NCBI GenBank assembly: GCA_019058275.1
Contig: JAHLVW010000062.1
Location: 32,001-96,000 of the forward strand
DNA from: Candidatus Heimdallarchaeota archaeon
GTDB lineage: Archaea; Asgardarchaeota; Heimdallarchaeia; JABLTI01
DNA: 64,000 nucleotides
Direction of reading: 5' to 3'
Numbering within the stretch: position 1 is the first letter of the stretch; every line of letters begins with the position of its first letter. The notes below the pieces were generated by a model. That model saw nothing but the letters and a program-made list of their open reading frames with translations, did not search any database and was not told where the DNA came from. The translations under genes were made by a program, and so were the position numbers. Below are positions 1-9,441 of this stretch, one piece after another.

Positions 1-327
1 GAACAAAATGCTGACAAGGACTATGATTTTGATTATCTAACTAATTATGAGGAATATCTTTTTGGAACTGATCCTCAAAATCCTGATACAGATGGTGACG
101 GTGCCAAAGATGGTATTGAAATTCTCTATAATACAGATCCTCTCAATCCGAAAGATAATCCTGCAAGAAACAGACTAATTCGATTTATCATAGTTCTTGT
201 TTCAGCTTTTTTACTTATTGCAGGTGGCTCATTTTTACTCGTTAGATATATCAAAAAACGCATTACTAGAAATCTTGAACGTGATCGACGCATACAAGAA
301 TCAGAAGACGATGTATTGATTTTCTAA
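1..327 (+). CDS. 5'-truncated membrane-anchored protein with TSP3-like Ca-binding (DxDxDG) repeats
   Basis: Not in ORF track. Frame 1 is open from base 1 to TAA 325-327: ...DKDYDFDYLTNYEEYLFGTDPQNPDTDGDGAKDGIEILYNTDPLNP..., then a TM helix and a basic tail. Confidence 0.85.
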   Translation, partial: EQNADKDYDFDYLTNYEEYLFGTDPQNPDTDGDGAKDGIEILYNTDPLNPKDNPARNRLIRFIIVLVSAFLLIAGGSFLLVRYIKKRITRNLERDRRIQESEDDVLIF

Positions 328-472
328 CATTTCCTTAGTTTCTTATTTAGATTCCTTTTTAGATATGATTAGGTACAAATTCTATTGCAGCAGATTTCAA
401 TTGCCCTAAATGAAATCTTTTTATCACAGAATAAAATATTAAGAAATAGATTTAGATAAAGGTTGGCACCAA

Positions 473-2881
473 ATGTCGGAAGAAGACTATTATATTGATA
501 TCCTTAAAGACGAGGAGGAAAAAGAACCTAAAAAACAAGAAGAATTTTCATGGGGTTCTGAATCTCAACCTTATGAGGAGAAACAACCTGATTATTCTCA
601 ACAGGATTACTCCCAAGAGGAGCAACCATATCAACGGGAATTCTATGGTGAAGGTTATTATCAAGATTACGAAGCTGCTAGAAGACCTACAGATGAGAAA
701 GGAACTCCTTGGTTCTGGATTGGCATACTCATAGGTATTGGTGTTTCAGCAGTTGTAATGGTTATTTTCAATTTCACTGGGACTTCTTTTCATCCAGGTT
801 TAGCTTTTCTTGAAATAATACTATTATTAGTTTGTTGTATGTTACCAGGTCTCTTTGTTAGGAAAATAGGTAAGGGTATTCTAGGTGGATTAATGATTTT
901 TGGTTTGCAATTCTTTGTACCATTAATTGTTTTCTATGCAACAGGTCAAAATCCAACTTCACTTTTCAGTCCATATTTAATATTCCTAAATGCTTTAGGA
1001 TTAATTAAAATGGGTATCAAAGACATCTTTGGATTCAGTTTTGTCCCCATAACTCCAGAGATAGAAGGTTATTATAACCAATATTCTGGTTATGCAACTT
1101 TCGTTTGGGTATTTGATTTGTTAATTATGTTTGGTATTATGATTACCCTAGTGATTGCTAGCTCTTGGATGTTCACAAATCTTTTCACTGATAAAGCTAA
1201 GAGCTTTTGGACATGGTGTTTACTGCCAGGACAAGCAATTTTTATTATTCTTAATCTAATTGTAGTTCCATGGATACTCCTATGTTTTTCAAGTACGATT
1301 CAAACAGGTGGAGCTTTAGCTGCAGGTGCAGCCAATGTTGCAGAAGCTGGTATGCCAATTATTCAAGGTAATATAACAGACTTTGAAAGCATTAACTTCG
1401 ATGATATTCTAACTCTATTCGATCGTGCTGATGAATGGTTTGAAATTGCTAGAGGAAATTATGATGGACTAAATTCATTACTATTCTTCAGGTTATTGAC
1501 AGCGGTTTCTGGACCGTATGGGTTTGCAGTAGATATATTCAATCTGACGATAGCAGCTGGTTTTGAGTTACTAGCAGCTTTAAATCCACTTGCACATGGT
1601 TTATTTGATAATACCAATACATCTGAAAATGCTGAAGTAGATGGATTCTATTATCAATTTCAAGATTTCATGGAAATATATGATACTTTTCCTGAGATGT
1701 TCAACTTTACTGGTGGTGGAGGTAAGCCAACTGAAACCCATTTGAGTAACACCGAAGCTGAAGTTGATGGAATAATTGATAATGTTGATATCTTACTAAA
1801 CACCCATATTGTAGATGTTCTTGATCATATAATCAAAGCTGAAGAAATTTTGTTATCAATTGATCCTGATGATTTGAGAAATGTGGGTGGAAATGCACAA
1901 GTACAAACTGTTCTCAATCAAGTTGCTGATCAACTTGATATGATTATGAATGTAACAAAAGAGTATGCTGCTTTAGCTCCACTTGCTGTTGATCTATTAA
2001 TGGAAAGTCCACATATAATTAAAGCCATGTTGAATATGCTCATAGGAAATGTTCGATTACTTATGGGTTGGCAATTCACTTTAAGTCAGCAATACTTCTA
2101 TAATGCTTCAGCAGAGCTTGAAACCATTAATGCAATTTTTAATTCAGATAGAAGATTAGAAGTTGAAGAATCTGGTTCAAAAACAGCTATGGGTTTCTTT
2201 GATTTTATGAATGATACATTAACAATGGCAAATCCAACAATTATGCTTGAAGGAGATCTAGCACAAATGTTGGGTGGAATAGTACATGCTTTAGATGAAT
2301 ATGAAACAAATCCTGATCCATTGATTGATGAATGTGATTTTGATCTAGTAAACTTTACAAGAGTCTTTGAAATAATGGACGAAGCAACTATTTTCAGTGA
2401 TTTAGGTGTACAACATGGTAATCTTGCAGCATATATGATTGATGTAATCAATAATCGTGCTAATCAATCAGATTACTCAATTATGAGTGGTCCAGCTCAA
2501 ATGATGACAGATTCTTTAGCAACTGCATTTCAACCAGCTGAATTTGCACAAGTAATGAGCAATATGACAAGAGCAGTAAATCACACATATGCACTTGGAT
2601 ACCATGTCTGGAACAATGATTCAACAGGATTTAACCAATCATTAGCAATTGCTCAAAGTAATATTGACGCTGCTTTGACAGTAGTAGATGAAAATCCTGA
2701 TACACCAGTTTATGCACTAAGAGAATTTCTGATAGTTTACAACAATTCAATTTCTGATATAAGAGATACAGTCGAACCACACTATGCGAATCTAAAACTT
2801 GCAGAAGGATTAATTGAAGTTATATTCTTAAACTTATGGAATATGATTCATGAAATTGTTGATGAAGGTCTACCACCGTAA
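473..2881 (+). CDS. Large polytopic membrane protein of unknown function
   Basis: 802 aa; acidic E/Q/Y-rich N-terminus, ~6-7 hydrophobic helices, long acidic helical C-terminal domain. Confidence 0.75.
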   Translation: MSEEDYYIDILKDEEEKEPKKQEEFSWGSESQPYEEKQPDYSQQDYSQEEQPYQREFYGEGYYQDYEAARRPTDEKGTPWFWIGILIGIGVSAVVMVIFNFTGTSFHPGLAFLEIILLLVCCMLPGLFVRKIGKGILGGLMIFGLQFFVPLIVFYATGQNPTSLFSPYLIFLNALGLIKMGIKDIFGFSFVPITPEIEGYYNQYSGYATFVWVFDLLIMFGIMITLVIASSWMFTNLFTDKAKSFWTWCLLPGQAIFIILNLIVVPWILLCFSSTIQTGGALAAGAANVAEAGMPIIQGNITDFESINFDDILTLFDRADEWFEIARGNYDGLNSLLFFRLLTAVSGPYGFAVDIFNLTIAAGFELLAALNPLAHGLFDNTNTSENAEVDGFYYQFQDFMEIYDTFPEMFNFTGGGGKPTETHLSNTEAEVDGIIDNVDILLNTHIVDVLDHIIKAEEILLSIDPDDLRNVGGNAQVQTVLNQVADQLDMIMNVTKEYAALAPLAVDLLMESPHIIKAMLNMLIGNVRLLMGWQFTLSQQYFYNASAELETINAIFNSDRRLEVEESGSKTAMGFFDFMNDTLTMANPTIMLEGDLAQMLGGIVHALDEYETNPDPLIDECDFDLVNFTRVFEIMDEATIFSDLGVQHGNLAAYMIDVINNRANQSDYSIMSGPAQMMTDSLATAFQPAEFAQVMSNMTRAVNHTYALGYHVWNNDSTGFNQSLAIAQSNIDAALTVVDENPDTPVYALREFLIVYNNSISDIRDTVEPHYANLKLAEGLIEVIFLNLWNMIHEIVDEGLPP

Positions 2882-2931
2882 TAACACAAAGTAATGAAGC
2901 AATCTCTGATTGCTTTTCTTTCTTTTATTTT

Positions 2932-3237
2932 TTAAAAAATAACTCTAAAGCTATTGAAATTTTCTAATTTATTTGCCCATTTCACTTGAACATCGGATAC
3001 ATCAGAAGCTGGTGATCCTTCATTTCTAAGCCATTTAATAAACTGATAAATTTGTATTTGAGTACCTTCCACAATAATCTCTACATCTCCGTTTGATAAG
3101 TTACGAACGTATCCTACGAGTCCTAAGCTTGATGCTCTTCTTCGTGTATAAGCTCGAAAGGAAACTCCTTGAACTAAACCTTTCACAATTATATTGGCTC
3201 TTTTGATTAATGTTTCAGTCAAAAAATCACTTCTCAT
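2932..3237 (-). CDS. acyP: Acylphosphatase
   Basis: GLVQGVSFR and GYVRNLSNGDVE motifs. Confidence 0.95.
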   Translation of the reverse strand: MRSDFLTETLIKRANIIVKGLVQGVSFRAYTRRRASSLGLVGYVRNLSNGDVEIIVEGTQIQIYQFIKWLRNEGSPASDVSDVQVKWANKLENFNSFRVIF

Positions 3238-3372
3238 ATCAATATCAGAACATCTTTTTCCTAACTTGTGTAAAATCTAAGTTCTTATAAATTTTTTAGC
3301 TTCCAAATGTCCTTTCATAAACATTTTTTAGGTTCTACAGCTAAGATTAAACTAGTAATTTATTTAATAGGA

Positions 3373-4641
3373 ATGGGATTTATACTGAAACAAAAAAGAG
3401 GCGTCTGTTTAGTTATCTTTGATGATAAACAAGGACCAGGTTGCCTTTATCATGAAGGTCTAGATTTTACCTTTGCGGAAAAAGTATGTGTAAAATCACA
3501 TTTAAGTACTATGTCCTTATCCTCTGCATCTAATTTGAAACAAGAGGAATATATCGAGTCAGTTATACCTTTTCTTGATGAAGGATACGTTGCTTATTCT
3601 ACATATTTTTTTGTTAATGATCACACAGCAAGAGGCAGAAGGAGAGCACTAGGTATTGTCACTCTTGTTGATCGCTCTGAACAATTATCTCTCTATAAAT
3701 CAATTCCGGAAATCTCTGCAACAATAAAAGATATAGCGAGTGAGCTAATAAAAATTGGTGACCCAAAAAATAATGTACCTGATGCAATTAAAGATCGTTT
3801 GAACCAACTAATACATTTTACACAATTATCTGTTGATTTTGATGTCTCAAATGATTCAATAAGTTTAATTAAAGAACGAATGAAAGAAGAAAAAATTACA
3901 CTAAAAGAATCTTCAACTGAATTTGATACTAGTACAGTTACAGAAGGTAGTTTTGAATTTCTACTAAACAGAGTTCCTAAAGGTTTAGACCGAGTAATCT
4001 TTGCTCTACTAAAAAATGAAAGAGTTCTTGTTTTTGGAGAGAAAGAAGAAATAGCTATTTCCCTAGCTACTTTACGTTGGTTTCTTCCTCATAAAAAGCT
4101 CTATAATGATTTGTGGACTGTTCCTTTAATGGATGCAGAAGCACTTTTCTCTAGAAGCAGTGACAGTACAACTTTGCATGTTTTAGGAATTGAAAGTGAC
4201 AGTTTTTATGAAATCCTACAACTAGACAATAATATTCCTGAATCATCTAGTTCAGAATTCATAGATAATGAAAAGTATTACAATAAAAAACTTCCAATTG
4301 ATAGTAAAGTGATTATCAATTTAGATGGCGGGAGAGTAATTGGTGGAATTTCAAATCGATTCTGCAATAAGCTTCTAGAGACCATTAATGTGGAAAATTT
4401 TGCAAAAGCTCCAGATATAATCTCTGAGCATATTGATTATTTAATAGGACGAGTAAATGATCTAACAAGTCTGTTTTTGAATGACCCCTCAAAAGAAGAA
4501 CTAGAACAATTTATTTCTAACTCAATTGAAGGTGAAATCTCATTAATAATGACAATAATTAATGAAACAAATACTGGATTGCTTGAAAAAATTATTAATG
4601 TGTTTTCAAACTACCAGTTACCTTTAGAGGTTCTCTTCTAA
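3373..4641 (+). CDS. DENN-domain protein, folliculin/SMCR8-like (uDENN/longin + cDENN + dDENN)
   Basis: LVIFDDKQGP longin strand, FFVNDHTARGRRRALGIV, cDENN-like VIFALLKNERVLVFG...LRWFLP. Start set at in-frame ATG 3373; the ORF track starts at 3307. Confidence 0.75.
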   Translation: MGFILKQKRGVCLVIFDDKQGPGCLYHEGLDFTFAEKVCVKSHLSTMSLSSASNLKQEEYIESVIPFLDEGYVAYSTYFFVNDHTARGRRRALGIVTLVDRSEQLSLYKSIPEISATIKDIASELIKIGDPKNNVPDAIKDRLNQLIHFTQLSVDFDVSNDSISLIKERMKEEKITLKESSTEFDTSTVTEGSFEFLLNRVPKGLDRVIFALLKNERVLVFGEKEEIAISLATLRWFLPHKKLYNDLWTVPLMDAEALFSRSSDSTTLHVLGIESDSFYEILQLDNNIPESSSSEFIDNEKYYNKKLPIDSKVIINLDGGRVIGGISNRFCNKLLETINVENFAKAPDIISEHIDYLIGRVNDLTSLFLNDPSKEELEQFISNSIEGEISLIMTIINETNTGLLEKIINVFSNYQLPLEVLF

Positions 4642-5013
4642 CACGGTCTGTCCCTTTACAACTGAATCAATTAGTGTTAAGATAGCTTTTACAGAGAATG
4701 GTTTAATTAGATAACCTATTGCTCCCATTATGAGAGCTTTCTTCCTAGCACTTTCATCTGCACTAACAAAAATAACTTTAATGTTTTTATCAATTACCAA
4801 CAATTCTTGTAGTGCTGTCACACCATCTTTCACAGGCATTCTATGATCCATAATAACAAGCTCTGGCCATTCATTTATTGGATCTTTAAAATAGTCCACT
4901 GCTTCTTGACCATCTATAGCAGTATGAATAATTGTATGTCCCTTTAAATTGAGTATTTCTCGAAGTATCTCCTGAATTACTACCATATCGTCTACGATCA
5001 TTATTTTTGCCAT
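4624..5013 (-). CDS. Single-domain CheY-like response regulator
   Basis: IVDD, phosphoacceptor MDHRMP..DG, VSA, KPF. Confidence 0.95.
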   Translation of the reverse strand: MAKIMIVDDMVVIQEILREILNLKGHTIIHTAIDGQEAVDYFKDPINEWPELVIMDHRMPVKDGVTALQELLVIDKNIKVIFVSADESARKKALIMGAIGYLIKPFSVKAILTLIDSVVKGQTVLEENL

Positions 5014-5230
5014 TAGTTACAACTCAATCTTATGATATACTGTGATTGTAGTTTCGAATTTGCTGTAAGTACATCCTATTGCGCTCGAAGTAAGATGCTA
5101 TTACGACCTACAGAGGTATTATTTTTTCATCGAACCTATTCTTATTATTAGTAACTCACTTAAAAAAAATATTGAATCATGCAAAGTCGAGTAATTTTAA
5201 TATTTTATTAAATCAGCTTAGTATAAGTAA

Positions 5231-5379
5231 AGTAAAGAGATGGGGAAAAGGTTAGTTGGTAACACCCATCTCTTTATTATTAAAACTTTATCAGGGGATG
5301 CTGATAAAGTTTTATGCTGCATATTGAGTTGAGAATATTAGCGTTATTTTTTGGTGAACAATAATGTTCTAATTTTCAA
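5231..5379 (+). ncRNA. Candidate structured ncRNA (three tandem hairpins)
   Basis: Perfect 12-bp stem (5233-5244/5265-5276), perfect 14-bp stem (5281-5294/5301-5314), imperfect stem 5329-5379; G-U pairs favour the + strand. Confidence 0.4.
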
Positions 5380-5544
5380 GTTAAATCTGTTTTAATTTTT
5401 TCGCCAAATTATCTCTTGACTAAGTAATGAGTTTGTTAATAAAAAAGCGTTTTAGAGAATTTATACCTAGTATCTAGTAAATCTATCCGCACATTAATTA
5501 TGAGAAAAAGAACAAAGAGAAAAAATCTAGTTTCTTCTGAAAAA

Positions 5545-6060
5545 CTACTTTTCTTCCAGTTTTTGTTTTGAATACTCTAAAAGACCTCCAGCTTTAAATA
5601 TGCTGAGTGCTTCTCTTTTTAATGATGGGAATTTGAAGTTTTTCTCTTTAATTGAAACTGTTCCTTCTACTAGATCAACTTCAATTTTTTCATCTTTCAG
5701 AGATTCTTTATTTTCAAAAATAAACGCAGCTGCTTGTGGGCATTGAAGCAATGGAAAAGCATTATTTATTGCATTTCGATAGAATATACGACCAAATGAT
5801 ACACCAACTACTGCTGCAACACCTACTGCTTTCAAACAAGTAACTGCCTGTTCTCGAGATGATCCTGATCCAAAATTCTTGCCTGTTATGAGTATATCTC
5901 CTTTCTTCACTTCTTTTGCAAATGTTGGAAGATAATCCTCCATAGCATGTTCAGCCATTTGTTCAGGTGTTAAGGGATCATAAGTATATTTACCTGGAAA
6001 GATTTGGTCTGTGTTAATATTCTTATCTTCAAATATCCACATTCTACCTGTAAATTTCAT
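5545..6060 (-). CDS. leuD: 3-isopropylmalate dehydratase/homoaconitase small subunit
   Basis: INTDQIFPG, NFGSGSSREQA, FGRIFYRNAIN; LeuD versus HacB not resolvable. Confidence 0.92.
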   Translation of the reverse strand: MKFTGRMWIFEDKNINTDQIFPGKYTYDPLTPEQMAEHAMEDYLPTFAKEVKKGDILITGKNFGSGSSREQAVTCLKAVGVAAVVGVSFGRIFYRNAINNAFPLLQCPQAAAFIFENKESLKDEKIEVDLVEGTVSIKEKNFKFPSLKREALSIFKAGGLLEYSKQKLEEK

Positions 6061-7322
6061 TTGAAAACCTCCTTTGGTGGTTCAACTATTTTCCCTTCTA
6101 AAACAGAAGCTGCTACAGTTGCAGGGCTGCCTAGATAAATACCAGTATCTTCTTTACAGCCCATTCTTCCCTTGAAATTACGGTTTGCAGAGGATATTGC
6201 TGTTTCTCCTGGAGCTAAGCATCCACCATATGCACCAAGGCAAGGACCACATGCTGGCACAGCAAGTTCGCCACCTGATTCTACTAAGGTTTGTATAGCG
6301 CCTGACTTCATCCCTTCAAGTAATACAACTTGAGAAGCTGGATAAACTAAAAGCCTAACTCCTTTTTTGATTTTCTTTCCTTTCAAAACTTTTGCTGCAG
6401 CTTCAAGGTCATCAATTCTACCGTTAGTACATGTTCCCAATAGTCCAACATCAACTTCAATTTCAGAGAGTTCGCTTATTGGTGAAACATTATCAACATT
6501 GTGAGGTTTAGAAACAACTGGTGTAATCTCATTTAGGTTAAAACTTTCTTCACTAATGTAACTAGCATCTTGATCTGGTAAGACTATTTTGTATGGATCT
6601 AATGCTCGATTCTCGAGATATTTGTCAGTTATTTTATCAGCAGGGAACATACCTGCTTTACCATCCATTTCAGCTACCATGTTACATAAGGTTAATCTTT
6701 CACTTATTGAGAAATTCTCAGTTGCTGATCCATGAAATTCTACAGCTTTATAGCTAGCTCCATCTGAGCGTATTTTACCAATGATTTGTAGAATAACATC
6801 TTTAGCAAATACATTATTTGCTAGTTCGTCTTCAAGGTTGATTTTTATCGTTTCCGGAACTTTTAACCATGTTTGACCGATAGCCCATATACTTGCTGCT
6901 TCTGTTCTACCTATTGGGATTCCTGCAGCACCAAGTGCTCCATGTGATGTTGTATGAGAATCTGAACCAAAGATTACTACGCCTGGTACTACATGTCCTT
7001 CTTGTGCTAATAATTGATGACAAATCCCTGCTCCACAATCATAAAAGTACTTAATATTTTGTTCTTTAACAAAATGTCTTATTTTCTTATGATTAGCAGC
7101 TTTCTTTTCATCTGGGGGCGGCACAGCATGATCCAGTGCAATAAAGATTTTTTCCGGATTCCAAACTTTTCTTGCACCAATTGTTTTGAATTTACCAATA
7201 ATTGCTGCAGAATTGTCATGAGTGAGAATCCTGTGTGGCTCTACAAAAACTATCGAACCTTCTTTGGGTTTTTTAATTCCTGAAACGTTGCTTATTATCT
7301 TTTGTATCAATGTTTGTCCCAT
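6057..7322 (-). CDS. leuC: 3-isopropylmalate dehydratase/homoaconitase large subunit
   Basis: DH, GICHQ, GSDSHT, GTCTNG, CGPCLG, NRNFKGRMG; 4-bp overlap with the small subunit gene. Confidence 0.93.
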   Translation of the reverse strand: MGQTLIQKIISNVSGIKKPKEGSIVFVEPHRILTHDNSAAIIGKFKTIGARKVWNPEKIFIALDHAVPPPDEKKAANHKKIRHFVKEQNIKYFYDCGAGICHQLLAQEGHVVPGVVIFGSDSHTTSHGALGAAGIPIGRTEAASIWAIGQTWLKVPETIKINLEDELANNVFAKDVILQIIGKIRSDGASYKAVEFHGSATENFSISERLTLCNMVAEMDGKAGMFPADKITDKYLENRALDPYKIVLPDQDASYISEESFNLNEITPVVSKPHNVDNVSPISELSEIEVDVGLLGTCTNGRIDDLEAAAKVLKGKKIKKGVRLLVYPASQVVLLEGMKSGAIQTLVESGGELAVPACGPCLGAYGGCLAPGETAISSANRNFKGRMGCKEDTGIYLGSPATVAASVLEGKIVEPPKEVFK

Positions 7323-7530
7323 AGCAATCTACCAATTGTCTTACTAAATCAAATGCCTTTTATCTATAATTTAGTTGATAAATTTATTGTCAAGCTCTAA
7401 CTTTTGTAGTTACTGTTATGAATCAGCTTTTACTTTGTGACAATTAACATAGTTTTAAATATGTTTATGTATGTAAATTATATGTAGCTGTATGTATTAT
7501 TTTGCTTAAATTGATGAAGAGGTGAAAAAA

Positions 7531-7746
7531 ATGACTAAACAAGTCAATGCAACTATCCAAGAAAATGTTAAAGAAATCGATGAAATGGAATCAAATCTAC
7601 AACATGTAATTAACGATTTAATAGATGAAGCTGAATATCAATCTAAACTAGTCTCTCAACATGTTTCAATGATTATTACCCACTTAGCAATGGTTGCAGC
7701 CTCTTTAAGAGTTAAAAAACAACAACAAATTATGAAGATAAAATAA
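7531..7746 (+). CDS. Small coiled-coil protein, Q-SNARE-motif-like
   Basis: GAGGTGA RBS before ATG 7531; 71 aa; heptad pattern with a central Gln. Confidence 0.6.
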   Translation: MTKQVNATIQENVKEIDEMESNLQHVINDLIDEAEYQSKLVSQHVSMIITHLAMVAASLRVKKQQQIMKIK

Positions 7747-7779
7747 CTGACAGTTCAAAAAGATTTGATTTCCTTTTTT

Positions 7780-9231
7780 TCATTTATCTCGAGGCGAGAT
7801 GTAGGTTTTATTTTCAATAAAGACAATTTGAGCATCTATTTCTTGTTTATTAATAAGATCGAAAAGAATCTGTATTGCGCTATTTGCATCATCTTGGAAG
7901 AAGGAGCTTAAAACATCGAGAGGTAGAATTGTGACATTTGAGAGAACATCATCTATTCTGCATTTTATCATATTGTTAATGATTTTATTCGAGAAATTAT
8001 AACCCAATTTTGGATCAACGACTTCTGAAATCTTCTTGATATTACATTCCTTAAAGTGGAAAAGAAAATTGGATATGGAATCTTTAAATGGTTTCTCAAA
8101 AACACCCTTGACATATTTAGATTCTAAGAATGAATTCCATTTAGTTTGATCAACAGAACGAATTAATCCATAAGCAATAATGATTGCATTATAATCTTCT
8201 AATAGTTTAACGAATTCAGTCGCATCATCCTTATTTTTGGAAATTTTGTAAATATAGTTATTGACTATAATTTCTTGAATGTCAAAATTGTTGACAAAAA
8301 TTTTCAAGTTAAGATTATGAATTCTATTTTTAGTAATATTTTTGCACATCTTTCCATCAATGATCAATTTACCAAAAAAATCATTGAGATCAAGAATAAG
8401 TATCTCCTCATTTTTCGTTGTTGCTGTTCGAGTTAACCATCTGATAATAACCTGCTCAACTTCTTTACTTGGTTCATTGTAGACTGATTGCAACCCTTCA
8501 AGAAAAACTGGAACAAGAAGTTCAGGTGAATTTTCTGATATTTTATTTAAAATTAATGCAGCGCTTAATCTAATTTGTAAATCAGTTGTAACCATTTGTT
8601 TCAAGAGATTTGATAATGCTCTTTTTCTGAATTTTTTATTTTTCTTAAGTTTATTAATTAACTCAATGATCAGAATTTGTTTAGTCTCATTATCTTTTTC
8701 ATCTACGATTTTCTTGAATGATTCCTTAAAAGCAATTTCCATTTGGTTTTTTGTTTCTCTTTCTTTAGTACTAGTTTTTGTAGTTAAACACTGGTATTTG
8801 CTTTTAACCTTATTTTTAGGTAACTTAGATATTTCTGAAACTTTTTTTGTGCTAGGTTTTATAGATTGGTTATTACTAGGCTTGTTTTTGCTATCTTTCT
8901 CTTTCATGTCTTGTTCTTCAGTTTTATCTACTTCATCTAGTATTTCAACCATTACGAGATCTTCTGTAGATATAGGTTGGATTTCAAATAATCGTTTCAA
9001 AAGAATGACTTCACCGATTTTGCTAATTAGTTGTACAGGAATTGTTTCTTCGACAATAAAATCACTATCAAGTTCAGTTTTAATAGAAATTCTTAATCGT
9101 AGTTTATTTTTTTCGTCTTTGAAAACACCAACACAATTTGCAAGGATGTGACCATTAGGATCTACGATAGTTTTACCTACTAAATTCTCTTCAGTAAAAT
9201 CTTCTTCCTTAGGTGTTTTCGAACGTATCAT
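7780..9231 (-). CDS. PRC-barrel + HEAT-like helical + C-terminal PCI/winged-helix-like protein
   Basis: LVGKTIVDPNG...IPVQLISKIGEVILL (PRC), K-rich linker, IRLSAALILNKI (HEAT), ILFDLINKQEIDAQI (PCI-like). Confidence 0.6.
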   Translation of the reverse strand: MIRSKTPKEEDFTEENLVGKTIVDPNGHILANCVGVFKDEKNKLRLRISIKTELDSDFIVEETIPVQLISKIGEVILLKRLFEIQPISTEDLVMVEILDEVDKTEEQDMKEKDSKNKPSNNQSIKPSTKKVSEISKLPKNKVKSKYQCLTTKTSTKERETKNQMEIAFKESFKKIVDEKDNETKQILIIELINKLKKNKKFRKRALSNLLKQMVTTDLQIRLSAALILNKISENSPELLVPVFLEGLQSVYNEPSKEVEQVIIRWLTRTATTKNEEILILDLNDFFGKLIIDGKMCKNITKNRIHNLNLKIFVNNFDIQEIIVNNYIYKISKNKDDATEFVKLLEDYNAIIIAYGLIRSVDQTKWNSFLESKYVKGVFEKPFKDSISNFLFHFKECNIKKISEVVDPKLGYNFSNKIINNMIKCRIDDVLSNVTILPLDVLSSFFQDDANSAIQILFDLINKQEIDAQIVFIENKTYISPRDK

Positions 9232-9441
9232 AATTACTCACTGCTATTTCTTGATTCCAAATAAAGTACTTTTTTCTCCAAGCTAAATTAATTAGAGGTG
9301 TTTTGAAATGAAATCTCTCTAATTTTCAATTAAAAAATAAGCTAAGTTATTGTTATTTAATGTATTGACTCGAGATTTTTTACTAGAATATATCTTATCT
9401 ATCTAAAATTTATATATTGAAATCATGGACATAAATGTAGG

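Noticed and set aside
5545-7322. LeuCD-like pair as the phosphomevalonate dehydratase of the archaeal MVA route
   Set aside because: Motifs are LeuC/HacA type, not aconitase X
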